64,000 nt of DNA from Alphaproteobacteria bacterium (GTDB taxonomy: Bacteria > Pseudomonadota > Alphaproteobacteria > Bin95), in NCBI GenBank assembly GCA_964291285.2, contig OZ219785.1, positions 320,001 through 384,000 on the forward strand, given 5' to 3'. The notes under the pieces were generated by a model. The model was not told where the DNA came from. It saw only the letters and a program-made list of their open reading frames with translations, and ran no database searches. This document shows, one piece after another, positions 20,447-32,181 of the stretch. Within the stretch, counting starts at the first letter, position 1, and every line of letters starts with the position of its first letter. The position numbers were made by a program, and so were the translations under genes.

Positions 20447-21910
20447 TCAGAGCGAGCGCAGAAACGCGAGCAGCGCGTCCCGCTCTTCTTCGGTCATGTC
20501 TGCAACGCGCTGCTTCGCGGCCTCCGCCTCGCCCCCGTGCCAGAGCACGGCCTCGAGGAGGCCGCGCGCGCGGCCGTCATGCAGGAAGAAGCTGTGGCCG
20601 TTCACGGCTTCGGTAAGCCCGATGCCCCAGAGTGGCGCGGTGCGCCATTCGCGGCCGGTGGCTTCGCCTTCGGGCCGGTCGTCCGCCAGTCCCGGACCCA
20701 TGTCGTGCAGGAGCATGTCGGAATAGGGCCAGATCAACTGGAAGGATTGCTCCGCCCCGATGGAATCGCGGCGCGTCACGAATTTGGGCGTGTGGCAGGC
20801 CGTGCAGCCGGAGTCGTAGAACAGGCGCTTGCCCCGAAGCACCTGCGGGTCGTCCAGGTCGCGCCGGGCCGGCACGGCGAGGTTCCGGGCATAGAACATC
20901 AGCAGGTCGAACAGGGTCTCCCCCGCCTCGACGCCCGGAACGCCCTTGTCATCGTCGCCGTGAGGGGCGGTGCGGCACGCCGCCTGCATCTCCGTGCAGT
21001 CGCCGAACGGAACCGGATAGAGCGGCGTCGAGATGCCGATATCGCCGCGAAAGGCCGCCGCGGCCTGCTGGACGAGCGTGGGCTGCCCGGCCTTCCAGCC
21101 GAACCGTCCCAGCATGAGCCTGCCGTGCTCGTCGCTCCACACCCGGTTCGGCCGCCCCGAGACGCCGTCGCCGTCCCGGTCGTCCGGGTCCGCGCCGGCA
21201 AGGATGTCGTCCTCCGGCACCGCCTCCAGCAGACCGACGCCGATCATCGGCGGGGCGGTGCGCGGCGACATCCGCAAATCCGGCGCGGGCGGGCCGTAGC
21301 GCAAGCCCGTCAACCCGTATCGGGGCCGGCGCAGCGACACCGAGCCGCCATCGGCCAGTCTCACCGGGATTTCCTCCCAGGCAGTGGTCATCCTGCCCTC
21401 GGCGGGCACGCCCTGCACGGAGCGGTTCTGAAGCTGGCCTCCATAGGACGGGTCCGGGTCCCTGCCGCCGGGCCCCGCGGACAGGCGGAGCACCATCGAT
21501 ACCGCCGGGTCGCCGGGCACGGGCGGACGACCGCGTCCGTCCTTGACGTGGCAGCTCTGGCAGGAGCGCGCGTTGAACAGCGGACCCAGCCCGTCGGACG
21601 ACCGGGTCGAACTCGGAGACGACACCCAGATCTTCACGAAGACGCCGTCGCCGACCTCGAAATCGAGCTTGCGCTCGAAGGGCATATTCGCCGACGGGTG
21701 CGAAAAAGCGTCACGGTTCGGCGTCGCGAAGGAGGTCGCCGCGCCGCCGGGCCGCCGTTCATAACGCTCGGGGGCGGTGAAATCGGTCGCAGGCCGTGTC
21801 ACAGCCTCGATACGCGCCCGCTCCGCATCTCCACCGGACGATACCCCGGCGATTCCCGCGAACGGCAGGAGGATCGCAGCCGTCGCAGCGATATGACTGA
21901 ACCTGTTCAT
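20447..21910 (-). CDS. Di-heme oxidoreductase family protein (DUF1111)
   Basis: DGLGPLFNARSCQSCH, GRFGWKA, GCTACH, LLHDMG, EWRTAPLWGIG, LHDGRAR..EAVLWHGGEA. Confidence 0.92.
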   Translation of the reverse strand: MNRFSHIAATAAILLPFAGIAGVSSGGDAERARIEAVTRPATDFTAPERYERRPGGAATSFATPNRDAFSHPSANMPFERKLDFEVGDGVFVKIWVSSPSSTRSSDGLGPLFNARSCQSCHVKDGRGRPPVPGDPAVSMVLRLSAGPGGRDPDPSYGGQLQNRSVQGVPAEGRMTTAWEEIPVRLADGGSVSLRRPRYGLTGLRYGPPAPDLRMSPRTAPPMIGVGLLEAVPEDDILAGADPDDRDGDGVSGRPNRVWSDEHGRLMLGRFGWKAGQPTLVQQAAAAFRGDIGISTPLYPVPFGDCTEMQAACRTAPHGDDDKGVPGVEAGETLFDLLMFYARNLAVPARRDLDDPQVLRGKRLFYDSGCTACHTPKFVTRRDSIGAEQSFQLIWPYSDMLLHDMGPGLADDRPEGEATGREWRTAPLWGIGLTEAVNGHSFFLHDGRARGLLEAVLWHGGEAEAAKQRVADMTEEERDALLAFLRSL

Positions 21911-21945
21911 CGAAAAATGTTCACGCGGGGGTTGACAGTTCGTAT

Positions 21946-21964
21946 GCTAATGAGAATCGTTAGC
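21946..21964. promoter_or_regulatory. Fur-type iron box in a divergent promoter
   Basis: GCTAATGAGAATCGTTAGC matches GATAATGATAATCATTATC at 15/19 and lies just after TTGACA (21932-21937), between iron-uptake-type genes. Confidence 0.8.
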
Positions 21965-21994
21965 ATTCGCAACTGGTGAGAGTGGAGCGAGTTC

Positions 21995-23299
21995 ATGAAA
22001 AAGCACGGAATGCTGGCTGCAGCGTTCGGGGCCTGCCTCCTGGGATCGGGCCTGGTCGCCGCGGTCGGCGGGCAAAGCAAGGCCACGGCGGATGCCGGGT
22101 CGCCCGAGAGCAGGGTGCTCGCGCACTATGCGGCACTGGCGCATGCCGTCTATGAGGATTCGCTCATCACCGCCCAGACGCTTCAGGGGGCGGTGGACAA
22201 GCTGATCGCCGCCCCGTCCGAAGACACGCTCGCCGCGGCGCGCGCCGCCTGGCTCGCTTCCCGCGTGCCCTACCAGCAGAGCGAGGTCTATCGCTTCGGC
22301 AACGCCGTGGTGGACGACTGGGAAGGCAAGGTCAACGCCTGGCCGCTCGACGAGGGCCTGATCGACTATGTCGATGCCGGCTACGGCGCCTCCTCGGAGG
22401 AGAACCCCGGCTACACCGCGAATGTCGTTGCCAATGCGATGTTCACCTTCTCGGGCGAGCAGATCGACGCCTCTTCCATCGACGCGGCGCTGCTGGCCGA
22501 CCGGCTGCACGAGCTCGGCGGCGTTGAGGCGAACGTCGCGACCGGCTACCACGCCGTCGAGTTTCTCCTCTGGGGCCAGGACCTGAACGGCACCGGGCCC
22601 GGCGCGGGCGTGCGTCCGGCGACCGATTTCGACACGTCCGACTGCACCGGCGGCAATTGCGACCGCCGCGCCGCCTATCTCAAGGCCGCAGCCGACCTGC
22701 TGGTGGACGACCTCGCCTGGATGACGGCGCAATGGACGGCCTACGGGCCCGCCACCAGGGCGCTGGTGGGCGGCGATGCTGCCGAAGGTCTGGCGACCAT
22801 CGTCACCGGCATGGGCAACCTCTCCTACGGCGAGCTCGCCGGCGAGCGCATGAAGCTCGGCCTGTTGCTGCACGACCCGGAAGAGGAGCATGACTGCTTC
22901 AGCGACAACACGCATAACTCGCACTATTACGACGCGCTGGGCATCAGGAACATCTATCTCGGCGAATACAGGCGGACCGACGGCAGCATGGTGTCGGGCC
23001 CCGGCCTGTCCTCGCTGGTGGCGGCGGTTTCGCCCGAAGTCGACATGGCGCTGCGCGCCCGTCTCGACGCCACGATGGCGGCGATGGCAGAGCTGGTGAA
23101 GTCAGCCGAGGGCGGCGAGGCCTACGACCAGATGATCGGCGAGGGCAATGCGGCCGGCAACGACCGGGTGCAGGCCGCCATAGACGGGCTCACCGCGCAG
23201 ACCGACGCGATCACGAAGGCCGCATCGGCGCTCGGGCTCGCAAGCATCGAGTTCGAGGGTTCCGACAGCCTCGACGACCCGGAGGCGGTCTTCCAGTGA
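21995..23299 (+). CDS. Imelysin-family iron-regulated protein (IrpA/IcmP-like)
   Basis: VNAWPLDEGLIDYV, NVATGYHAVEFLLWGQD, YGELAGERM, EEEHDCFSDNTH. Confidence 0.93.
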   Translation: MKKHGMLAAAFGACLLGSGLVAAVGGQSKATADAGSPESRVLAHYAALAHAVYEDSLITAQTLQGAVDKLIAAPSEDTLAAARAAWLASRVPYQQSEVYRFGNAVVDDWEGKVNAWPLDEGLIDYVDAGYGASSEENPGYTANVVANAMFTFSGEQIDASSIDAALLADRLHELGGVEANVATGYHAVEFLLWGQDLNGTGPGAGVRPATDFDTSDCTGGNCDRRAAYLKAAADLLVDDLAWMTAQWTAYGPATRALVGGDAAEGLATIVTGMGNLSYGELAGERMKLGLLLHDPEEEHDCFSDNTHNSHYYDALGIRNIYLGEYRRTDGSMVSGPGLSSLVAAVSPEVDMALRARLDATMAAMAELVKSAEGGEAYDQMIGEGNAAGNDRVQAAIDGLTAQTDAITKAASALGLASIEFEGSDSLDDPEAVFQ

Positions 23300-23434
23300 T
23301 CCGGTAGGGAAACGGCAGGGAAGGCGCTCCTCCAGCCCACCCTGCCGCTGCATGGGCGGCGCAACCGCGCAGCGCCGCCCATGCACTTTCTATCACAGAA
23401 GCGGCGCGCCTGTCGCCCGCAATCGGGCAGCCGG

Positions 23435-25718
23435 CAGGGAAAATTTTTAGTCGAACCGCGGGCTTTGTCTGAGTGATGTCGGTCTGGCTGCCGGTGTTTG
23501 CCGTGAAAATTGTTGGGGATCGGGCGCAAAAAAAACCTCCCCGCCAAAGCACTGCTCCCGAGGCGTCCGATACTCGCCATCTGCGGCGCCCGTCTTGCGG
23601 ACCCTGACCGGTAGGCAACCCCGTAAAAGCCCGAAGTCCCGCCCGCGCGGCCGGCACCTGTTTTCATGATACGGGGTGGCCGACCCGCCCGACAATGAAG
23701 GTTTTGGGGAACCCCAGACGTTTCTGGCCGCCGTCATGGTGGTTTCTTGATGCCGCGGTCCAGTGTTTTCGTCCTCGACGGGCGCAGTTGTTTTGCTGCG
23801 CCGTTCTTCGGCCCGAGCCTGTATTGCGGTGGGGGGTGGGGTATCAGCCTCTGGGCGCGATCATAATCGCGTCGAGGGCCTCTTGGGCGCGGGCGGCGTA
23901 GTGCCGGTTGGCCTCGGGTACATATCGGAAGCGTCCGTCGCAGCGCACGATAGCGATGGCCGCGTTGCTCAAGCAGGCCAGATTTCCGGGCAGGTGGCGC
24001 ACATATGCCCGGCAACGGTCTTCGTCATAGGTGAAGTCACGCACATAGTGCACACGGTTCTCAATGTGCCAGTGGTTGCGCACCAGATCGAGAAGCTCCT
24101 TGGGGCCGGCTCGCTCTGCGCCAAGCGACGTCAGGCTCCAGGTGACCTCGATGCTGCGCTTGCCGGTTTTGAGCATCTTGCGCTCGCGTTCCATGCGCAT
24201 TGCCTGGCGGCGCCCGTGAAGGTGGGCGTAGCCGTCCCACTCGGCAGCGCAGAGGTCGACGACGGCGCAGCGTCGGCGCTCAATGCGACCATGGCCCTTG
24301 TCGACGGTTTCGTGCCAGGGCGCATCGCTGAAGTCGATCGCCTTGAGGTCTTCGAGGATGGTCTGCTGGTTGCCCTTCACCGCGCTGACCACGTAGTCGG
24401 CACGGCGTTCGAGCAGGCAACGCGCGGTCTCGTGCTGGGCGTGCATCGCATCGATGGTGACGATCCGGCCTGTGAGGTCGAGACCGCTGGAGAGTTCGCG
24501 CACGGCCGGGATTTCGTTGCTTTTGGAGCTGACTTCGACCTGCCCGAGGACCACGCCGGTGTCATGCGCCACCGCAGCGACCATCCTCCTGCGCCGGTCT
24601 TCGCTCTGCTTCGAGGCACCGCGCAAATCCTTTCCGTCCATGGCCACAGGCGCGTGCGCACTGCTGTGCTGTCCGGCCCACTGGCCGATGGCATTGTCCA
24701 GGGTCTGTGGCGGCAGGGCGGCGAGGATGTTGTGGAAGGTGGTGACCGCCGGCGGCGTGTAGCACTGCCTGGATGGGCTCCAGAAGGCGCCCACCGCCTT
24801 GAGTTGCTTCTGGGAGAGCAGGGCGGCGAACTGGGCGAAGGCGTTCACACCCCGGTATCCGGCAAGCCGGGCGGCAACGGCCAGCGTCAGAATGGTGGTG
24901 AGCGCATAGCGCTTGCCCCGGGCATGGCGGTATTCGGGCACCTCGCCCAAACACTCGAACAGGCTGCGCAGCCGGGGCGCCGCCATCGGCTCGGTGTGCT
25001 GCTCAGCGTTCCAGTCTGCCGGTATCTCGGGATGGCTCAGCGCCTCGGGGGCGCCGTGTGTCAGTTCGAACACGAAGACCTCCTTGGGCTGGCCGTGGTG
25101 ACGCCAGCGCGCCACCCCTCCGGGCTCGCGGGCAAAGCCGCGCGTCAGACCCAAAGAGCGCCAGTTGGCCGCGCGGTAGCAGGTGCCGGCGAAGCGCGAG
25201 ACGTCCACAAACGTCTCCGCCACAACAGCCGGATAGCCATGCGCCGCCCGCAGGTCCTGCGACAGCCGCCGCACGCTCAGCCCCAGCACCCGCGAGGCAA
25301 GGTTGGGAACCCGCTCAGGCGTCAGGATGACAAAGCGCGAGTTGTTGGCAACCAGATGCAGGCGACGGAACTGCTGCTCCGCCGACCACCCGATCCAGCG
25401 GTCCCGCGCTCCCACCTTGAACGCTCCAGGCTGCCAGCCAACCAGGGCAAGCCAGGCCTCGCCATGAACCGCGACATGGCGCAGACCCTTGCCGATGATG
25501 CCGTGGAACCGCAGATAGTGGTGCGCCGCTACCAAATCGTCCCAGCGCCGGTGCTCCCGTGCCCCCCAGGTCGGGCGCACCGTGACCGCGCGAAGATCAA
25601 CCCAAACACCCGCAAACAGAAACCTCGCCATGACCGGCACACTGCCATATCAAGAAAAAAATAGCCACCCCGGACCCCACCTCAACATGGCCCAAAGGCA
25701 GACAATTAATTCGCCCTG
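23435..25718 (-). mobile_element. ISAs1-family insertion sequence, about 2.28 kb
   Basis: Imperfect terminal IRs: CAGGGAAAATTTTTAGTC (23435-23452) and GACAATTAATTCGCCCTG (25701-25718), 13/18 match, with ISAs1-type CAGGG ends. No clear target duplication. Confidence 0.75.
23844..25640 (-). CDS. ISAs1 transposase with N-terminal DUF4338 domain
   Basis: N-terminal HHYL..RDRWIGW..ANNSRF..PNLASRVL..ETFVD..GTCYRAANW (DUF4338). C-terminal RGKRY, MDGKDLRG, KSNEIPA, TIDAMHAQ, VKGNQ, GHGRIERR, HWHIENRVHYVRD..EDRC (ISAs1 DDE). Start may be 25631. Confidence 0.9.
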   Translation of the reverse strand: MPVMARFLFAGVWVDLRAVTVRPTWGAREHRRWDDLVAAHHYLRFHGIIGKGLRHVAVHGEAWLALVGWQPGAFKVGARDRWIGWSAEQQFRRLHLVANNSRFVILTPERVPNLASRVLGLSVRRLSQDLRAAHGYPAVVAETFVDVSRFAGTCYRAANWRSLGLTRGFAREPGGVARWRHHGQPKEVFVFELTHGAPEALSHPEIPADWNAEQHTEPMAAPRLRSLFECLGEVPEYRHARGKRYALTTILTLAVAARLAGYRGVNAFAQFAALLSQKQLKAVGAFWSPSRQCYTPPAVTTFHNILAALPPQTLDNAIGQWAGQHSSAHAPVAMDGKDLRGASKQSEDRRRRMVAAVAHDTGVVLGQVEVSSKSNEIPAVRELSSGLDLTGRIVTIDAMHAQHETARCLLERRADYVVSAVKGNQQTILEDLKAIDFSDAPWHETVDKGHGRIERRRCAVVDLCAAEWDGYAHLHGRRQAMRMERERKMLKTGKRSIEVTWSLTSLGAERAGPKELLDLVRNHWHIENRVHYVRDFTYDEDRCRAYVRHLPGNLACLSNAAIAIVRCDGRFRYVPEANRHYAARAQEALDAIMIAPRG

Positions 25719-25793
25719 CCCCTGCCGCCCTGTCCTCCGGCGCCGGCGCCGGCTAGACTGTCGGCGTCGCAATTCATCGGGGAGGCATGCGCC

Positions 25794-26651
25794 ATGCCGT
25801 TCGAAGCCGTTCCGCTGTCCGGGTCCCTCGGCGCCGAGGCCCGGGGCGTCGATGTCGCGAGCCTCGACGATGCCGGATTCGCCGAGGCGCATGCCGCACT
25901 GCTGGAATACGGGGTGGTCGCTTTTCGCGGCCAGGAGCTCGACGCGCACGCCTATCTCGCCTTCGCGAAGCGCTGGGGAGGCATCCACCTGCATCCCCAT
26001 CTGAAGGGCCTCGACGACCGGCCGGAGATCATCGAGATCGTGCGAGAGGCGGACGACCCGACGGGCTTCGCCGACCACTGGCACACCGACCAGAGCTTCA
26101 CGAAGACGCCCGCCATGGCGACCCTGCTCTACGCGAAGGAAGTGCCGGCGGCCGGCGGCGACACGCTGTTCGCCAACCTCTACGCAAGCTACGACGCGCT
26201 CTCCGACGGCATGAAGGCGATGGCGGCGAAGCTGCGCACCCACAATCTCTACAACAAGCACGCGCCGCGCTCGGAAAAGATGCAGATGCGCGTCACCGAG
26301 AAGGACAAGCCCGCGGAGCCGGCCTACCACCCGCTGGTGCGCGTCCACCCGGAGACCGGGCGCCCGGCGCTCTACCTGAGCGATTCCCGCAGCACGAGGC
26401 GCTTCGAGGGCATGACGGAGGAGGAGAGCCTGCCGCTGCTCGACTGGCTGATGGGCCATGCCACGCGGCCGGAGTTCACCTGCCGGCTGCGCTGGGAAGC
26501 CGGCACGCTCGCCATCTGGGACAACCGCCGCTTGATGCACATGGCCGTCAACGACTATTTCGGCCAGCGCCGGGTCATGCAGCGCATCACCATCGAGGGC
26601 GGGCCCACCGTCGGCATCCTCGACGCGGAGGCGCCCCGGCAGGCGGCTTAG
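25794..26651 (+). CDS. TauD/TfdA-family 2-oxoglutarate/Fe(II) dioxygenase
   Basis: WHTDQSF (HxD), GGDTLFA, HPLVRVHPETGR, WDNRRLMH. Confidence 0.93.
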   Translation: MPFEAVPLSGSLGAEARGVDVASLDDAGFAEAHAALLEYGVVAFRGQELDAHAYLAFAKRWGGIHLHPHLKGLDDRPEIIEIVREADDPTGFADHWHTDQSFTKTPAMATLLYAKEVPAAGGDTLFANLYASYDALSDGMKAMAAKLRTHNLYNKHAPRSEKMQMRVTEKDKPAEPAYHPLVRVHPETGRPALYLSDSRSTRRFEGMTEEESLPLLDWLMGHATRPEFTCRLRWEAGTLAIWDNRRLMHMAVNDYFGQRRVMQRITIEGGPTVGILDAEAPRQAA

Positions 26652-26660
26652 GGCGGAAGT

Positions 26661-27170
26661 TCAGCGCCGGATAGCCGCCACCAGGCGGGCCAGTTCGCGC
26701 CAGGGCCCGGGGTCCCAGTAGCCGCTCGCGGCACCGGAGGTCGAGGGCAGCACGAACATCGCTGTATCGCCGATTCGCTCCTCCCGGAGGCCGTAGCCGA
26801 CCCGGTTCGCGCCGATGAACCTCTGCGCGGCGTTCTTGCCGTTGAAGGCGAGCATGCAGGGCCGTGCCGCCTCGATCCTGCGGCGGAGCCCGTCCGCGTC
26901 CCATGCGCTGCGCGGTATTCCGGAATCGGGACCGCTGGCCGTCTTGGCGAGATCGGTGAGGCCGATGCCGAATTCGGGAAGCAGGCGGAATTCCTCGGGC
27001 GCCAGCAGGCGGGGCGTCAGCCCGGTCTCATGCAGGATGCGCCAGAACCTGTTGCCGCGTCCGGCATAGTAGGCGCCGACCTCCGCCGAACGCCGCCCGG
27101 CGGCCGCGCCGCAGACTGCGAGGTCGAGGCCGGGCGGCAGCAGATCGGGAAGCTTGTCGGAACCCGGTAT
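26661..27170 (-). CDS. mug: Mismatch-specific uracil-DNA glycosylase (Mug-like); start codon uncertain
   Basis: The frame upstream of the listed 64-aa ORF reads KLPDLLPPGLDLAVCGAAAGRRSAEVGAYYAGRGNRFWRILHETGLTP..GIGLTDLAK..AFNGK..LPSTSGA. No ATG/GTG/TTG is in frame; ATA at 27170 is a candidate. Confidence 0.8.
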   Translation of the reverse strand: MPGSDKLPDLLPPGLDLAVCGAAAGRRSAEVGAYYAGRGNRFWRILHETGLTPRLLAPEEFRLLPEFGIGLTDLAKTASGPDSGIPRSAWDADGLRRRIEAARPCMLAFNGKNAAQRFIGANRVGYGLREERIGDTAMFVLPSTSGAASGYWDPGPWRELARLVAAIRR

Positions 27171-27238
27171 TTTCGCGGTACCTATGATCGGCTTCTTTTG
27201 CGCGATTTCGTTTCAGCGGCAGCGAGCCGTCGCCCCCG

Positions 27239-27293
27239 GCCGACAGTACTGTCTTATAGATACTTTGAGTATTGTCGGCTTACACTGTACAGT
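27239..27293. promoter_or_regulatory. Inverted repeats upstream of higBA (probable antitoxin operator)
   Basis: GCCGACAGTACT (27239-27250) and AGTATTGTCGGC (27268-27279), 11/12; plus palindrome ACTGTACAGT (27284-27293). Confidence 0.5.
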
Positions 27294-27299
27294 CTGCAA

Positions 27300-27578
27300 A
27301 TGATCAGGACGTTCCGTCATCGCGGCTTGCGGGAGCTCTACGAGCAGGGACGGTCGCCAAAATTGGCGCAAGGACACATCGGGAAGCTCTCGCGCATCCT
27401 GACCGCTCTGGATCGGAGCTCCGGCCCGGAAGGTATGGATATTCCCGGCTTTCGACTCCACCCTCTCAGGGGACGTATGCAGGGACATTATGCAGTATCC
27501 GTTTCCGCCAACTGGCGAGTGACATTCCGGTTCGAGGATGGCCACGCAGCGGACGTCGATTATATGGACTACCACTAG
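27300..27578 (+). CDS. higB: HigB/RelE-family toxin
   Basis: MIRTFRHRGLRELYEQG..PGFRLHPLRG..YAVSVSANWRVTFRF..VDYMDYH, 92 aa. Confidence 0.92.
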   Translation: MIRTFRHRGLRELYEQGRSPKLAQGHIGKLSRILTALDRSSGPEGMDIPGFRLHPLRGRMQGHYAVSVSANWRVTFRFEDGHAADVDYMDYH

Positions 27579-27589
27579 GAGGTCTTGGC

Positions 27590-27877
27590 ATGGCAATGAA
27601 GAATCCCGCGCATCCCGGCGCGATTGTGCGCGAAGACTGCCTGAAGCCGTTGGGCCTGTCCGTTACCGAAGGCGCGAGACGGTTGGGCGTAGGCCGCCAG
27701 ACGCTGTCCAACCTTGTCAACGAGAAGGCGGCCGTCTCGATCGAGATGGCCTATCGCCTCTCCAAGGCGTTCGGCTCCACCCCGGAGACATGGCTCGGCA
27801 TGCAGTTGGCTTTCGACCTCGCGCAGTCGCGCCATCTGGAACGCACGATTACCGTCGAGCGAATCGCGGTCGCATAG
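27590..27877 (+). CDS. higA: HigA-family HTH antitoxin
   Basis: MAMKNPAHPGAIVREDCL..LGVGRQTLSNLVNEK..MAYRLSKAFGSTPETWLGMQLAFDL; AGGAGG RBS. Confidence 0.93.
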   Translation: MAMKNPAHPGAIVREDCLKPLGLSVTEGARRLGVGRQTLSNLVNEKAAVSIEMAYRLSKAFGSTPETWLGMQLAFDLAQSRHLERTITVERIAVA

Positions 27878-27899
27878 GGAGCGGCGCAGACAGCCGCGC

Positions 27900-28304
27900 T
27901 CAGCCCAGTTCGGCCAGCTTCGCTTCGGCGACGGCGGCGCGGCGTTCGGCGTCGGCGCGGCGGCGCTCGTCGTCCGTGTCGGCGGCGTCCTCGCGCGCCT
28001 CGCGCAGTTCGCGTTCGACCTCCGCGCGGTCGAGTTCGGCGAGCGGCACGGCCTCGTCCGCCAGCACCGTGCAGCGCTCGGGCGTGACTTCCGCGAAGCC
28101 GCCGGCGACGAAGATCGCGGCCGGCTCGCCCGCGCCGTCATGCAGGCGGATCGTGCCGGGGCGCACGGTCGAGATCAGCGGCGAGTGGCGGGGCAGCACG
28201 CCGAAATCGCCGGCCGCGCCCGGCACCACCACCATGTCGGCCTCCTGCGAGAGCAGCAGGCGCTCGGGCGTGACCAGTTCGAATTCGACCTTGCCGTCCG
28301 CCAT
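27900..28304 (-). CDS. atpC: ATP synthase F1 epsilon subunit
   Basis: FELVTPER, GDFGVLPRHSP, GGFAEV. Confidence 0.97.
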   Translation of the reverse strand: MADGKVEFELVTPERLLLSQEADMVVVPGAAGDFGVLPRHSPLISTVRPGTIRLHDGAGEPAAIFVAGGFAEVTPERCTVLADEAVPLAELDRAEVERELREAREDAADTDDERRRADAERRAAVAEAKLAELG

Positions 28305-28306
28305 CG

Positions 28307-30630
<2,324 letters not shown>

Positions 30631-30645
30631 GGCGGCGGCGGGCGC

Positions 30646-32175
30646 TCAGGCGAAGGTCCTGGCGAAGGCGGCGACGATCCCGTCCACTTCCTTCTCGGTG
30701 TCGTCGTCGAGGTCGCCGGTCTCGTCGATGCGCGCCATCAGCTCGCCGTGGCGGGCCTTGATCTCGCCGAGCAGGCCTTCCTCGAAGCGGGTCACGTCGC
30801 GCACGCCGACGCCGTCCAGATAGCCGCGCACGCCGGCGAAGATCGCCACCACCTGCTCGGCCACGCTGCGCGGCGCATACTGGCCCTGCTTGAGCACCTC
30901 CGTGAGCCGCGCGCCGCGGGCCAGCAATTGCTGCGTCGAGGCGTCGAGGTCGGAGGCGAATTGCGAGAAGGCCTCCATCTCCCGGAACTGCGCAAGCTCC
31001 AGCTTGATGCGCCCCGCCACCTTCTTCATCGCCTTCGTCTGCGCGGCGGAGCCGACGCGGCTGACCGAGAGGCCGACATTGATCGCCGGGCGCACGCCCT
31101 TGTAGAACAGGTCCGTCTCCAGGAAGATCTGCCCGTCCGTGATCGAGATCACGTTGGTCGGGATGAAGGCGGAGACGTCGTTGCCCTGGGTCTCGATCAC
31201 CGGCAGCGCGGTCAGCGAGCCGGCGCCGTGGCCGTCCGCCATCTTGGCGGCTCGCTCCAGCAGGCGCGAATGCAGGTAGAAGACGTCGCCCGGGAACGCC
31301 TCGCGGCCCGGCGGGCGGCGCAGCAGCAGCGACATCTGGCGGTAGGCGGTCGCCTGCTTGGAGAGGTCGTCATAGACGATCACCGCATGCATGCCGTTGT
31401 CGCGGAAATACTCGCCCATGGCGCAGCCCGAATAGGGCGCCAGGAACTGGAGCGGCGCCGGGTCGGAGGCCGTGGCGGCGACGACGATGGAGTATTCCAT
31501 CGCGCCGTATTCCTCGAGCGTCTTGACCACCTGGGCGACCGAGGAGCGCTTCTGGCCGACGGCGACATAGATGCAGTAGAGCTTCTTCGCCTCGTCGCCG
31601 CTCTCGTTGATCTGCTTCTGGTTGATGAAGGTGTCGATGGCGACCGCGGTCTTGCCGGTCTGCCGGTCGCCGATGATGAGTTCGCGCTGGCCGCGCCCGA
31701 TGGGCACCAGGGCGTCGAGCGCCTTCAGGCCGGTCTGCATCGGCTCGTGGACCGAGCGGCGCGGGATGATGCCGGGCGCCTTGACCTCGACCAGCCGGCG
31801 CTCCGCGGCCTCGATGGGGCCCTTGCCATCGATGGGGTTGCCGAGCCCGTCCACCACGCGGCCGAGCAGGCCCTTGCCGACCGGCACATCGACGATGGCC
31901 GAGGTGCGCTTGACGAGGTCGCCCTCGTGGATGTCGCGGTCCTCGCCGAAGATCACCACGCCCACATTGTCGTCTTCGAGGTTGAGCGCCATGCCGCGCG
32001 TGCCGTCGGCGAACTCCACCATCTCGCCCGCCTGCACGCGGTCGAGGCCGTAGACCCGCGCCACGCCGTCGCCGACGGACAGCACCGTGCCGACTTCGGC
32101 GACATCGGCTTCGTCGCCGAAATTGGCGATCTCGTTCTTGAGGATCGCGGAGATTTCGGAGGCGTCGATATTCAT
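30646..32175 (-). CDS. atpA: ATP synthase F1 alpha subunit
   Basis: [31 protein letters not shown]. Confidence 0.99.
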   Translation of the reverse strand: MNIDASEISAILKNEIANFGDEADVAEVGTVLSVGDGVARVYGLDRVQAGEMVEFADGTRGMALNLEDDNVGVVIFGEDRDIHEGDLVKRTSAIVDVPVGKGLLGRVVDGLGNPIDGKGPIEAAERRLVEVKAPGIIPRRSVHEPMQTGLKALDALVPIGRGQRELIIGDRQTGKTAVAIDTFINQKQINESGDEAKKLYCIYVAVGQKRSSVAQVVKTLEEYGAMEYSIVVAATASDPAPLQFLAPYSGCAMGEYFRDNGMHAVIVYDDLSKQATAYRQMSLLLRRPPGREAFPGDVFYLHSRLLERAAKMADGHGAGSLTALPVIETQGNDVSAFIPTNVISITDGQIFLETDLFYKGVRPAINVGLSVSRVGSAAQTKAMKKVAGRIKLELAQFREMEAFSQFASDLDASTQQLLARGARLTEVLKQGQYAPRSVAEQVVAIFAGVRGYLDGVGVRDVTRFEEGLLGEIKARHGELMARIDETGDLDDDTEKEVDGIVAAFARTFA

Positions 32176-32181
32176 GTCCCC

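Noticed and set aside
23424-25728. Target-site duplication for the ISAs1 element
   Set aside because: The flanks GGGCAGCCGG and CCCCTGCCGC do not match as direct repeats, so the boundaries rest on the imperfect IRs only.
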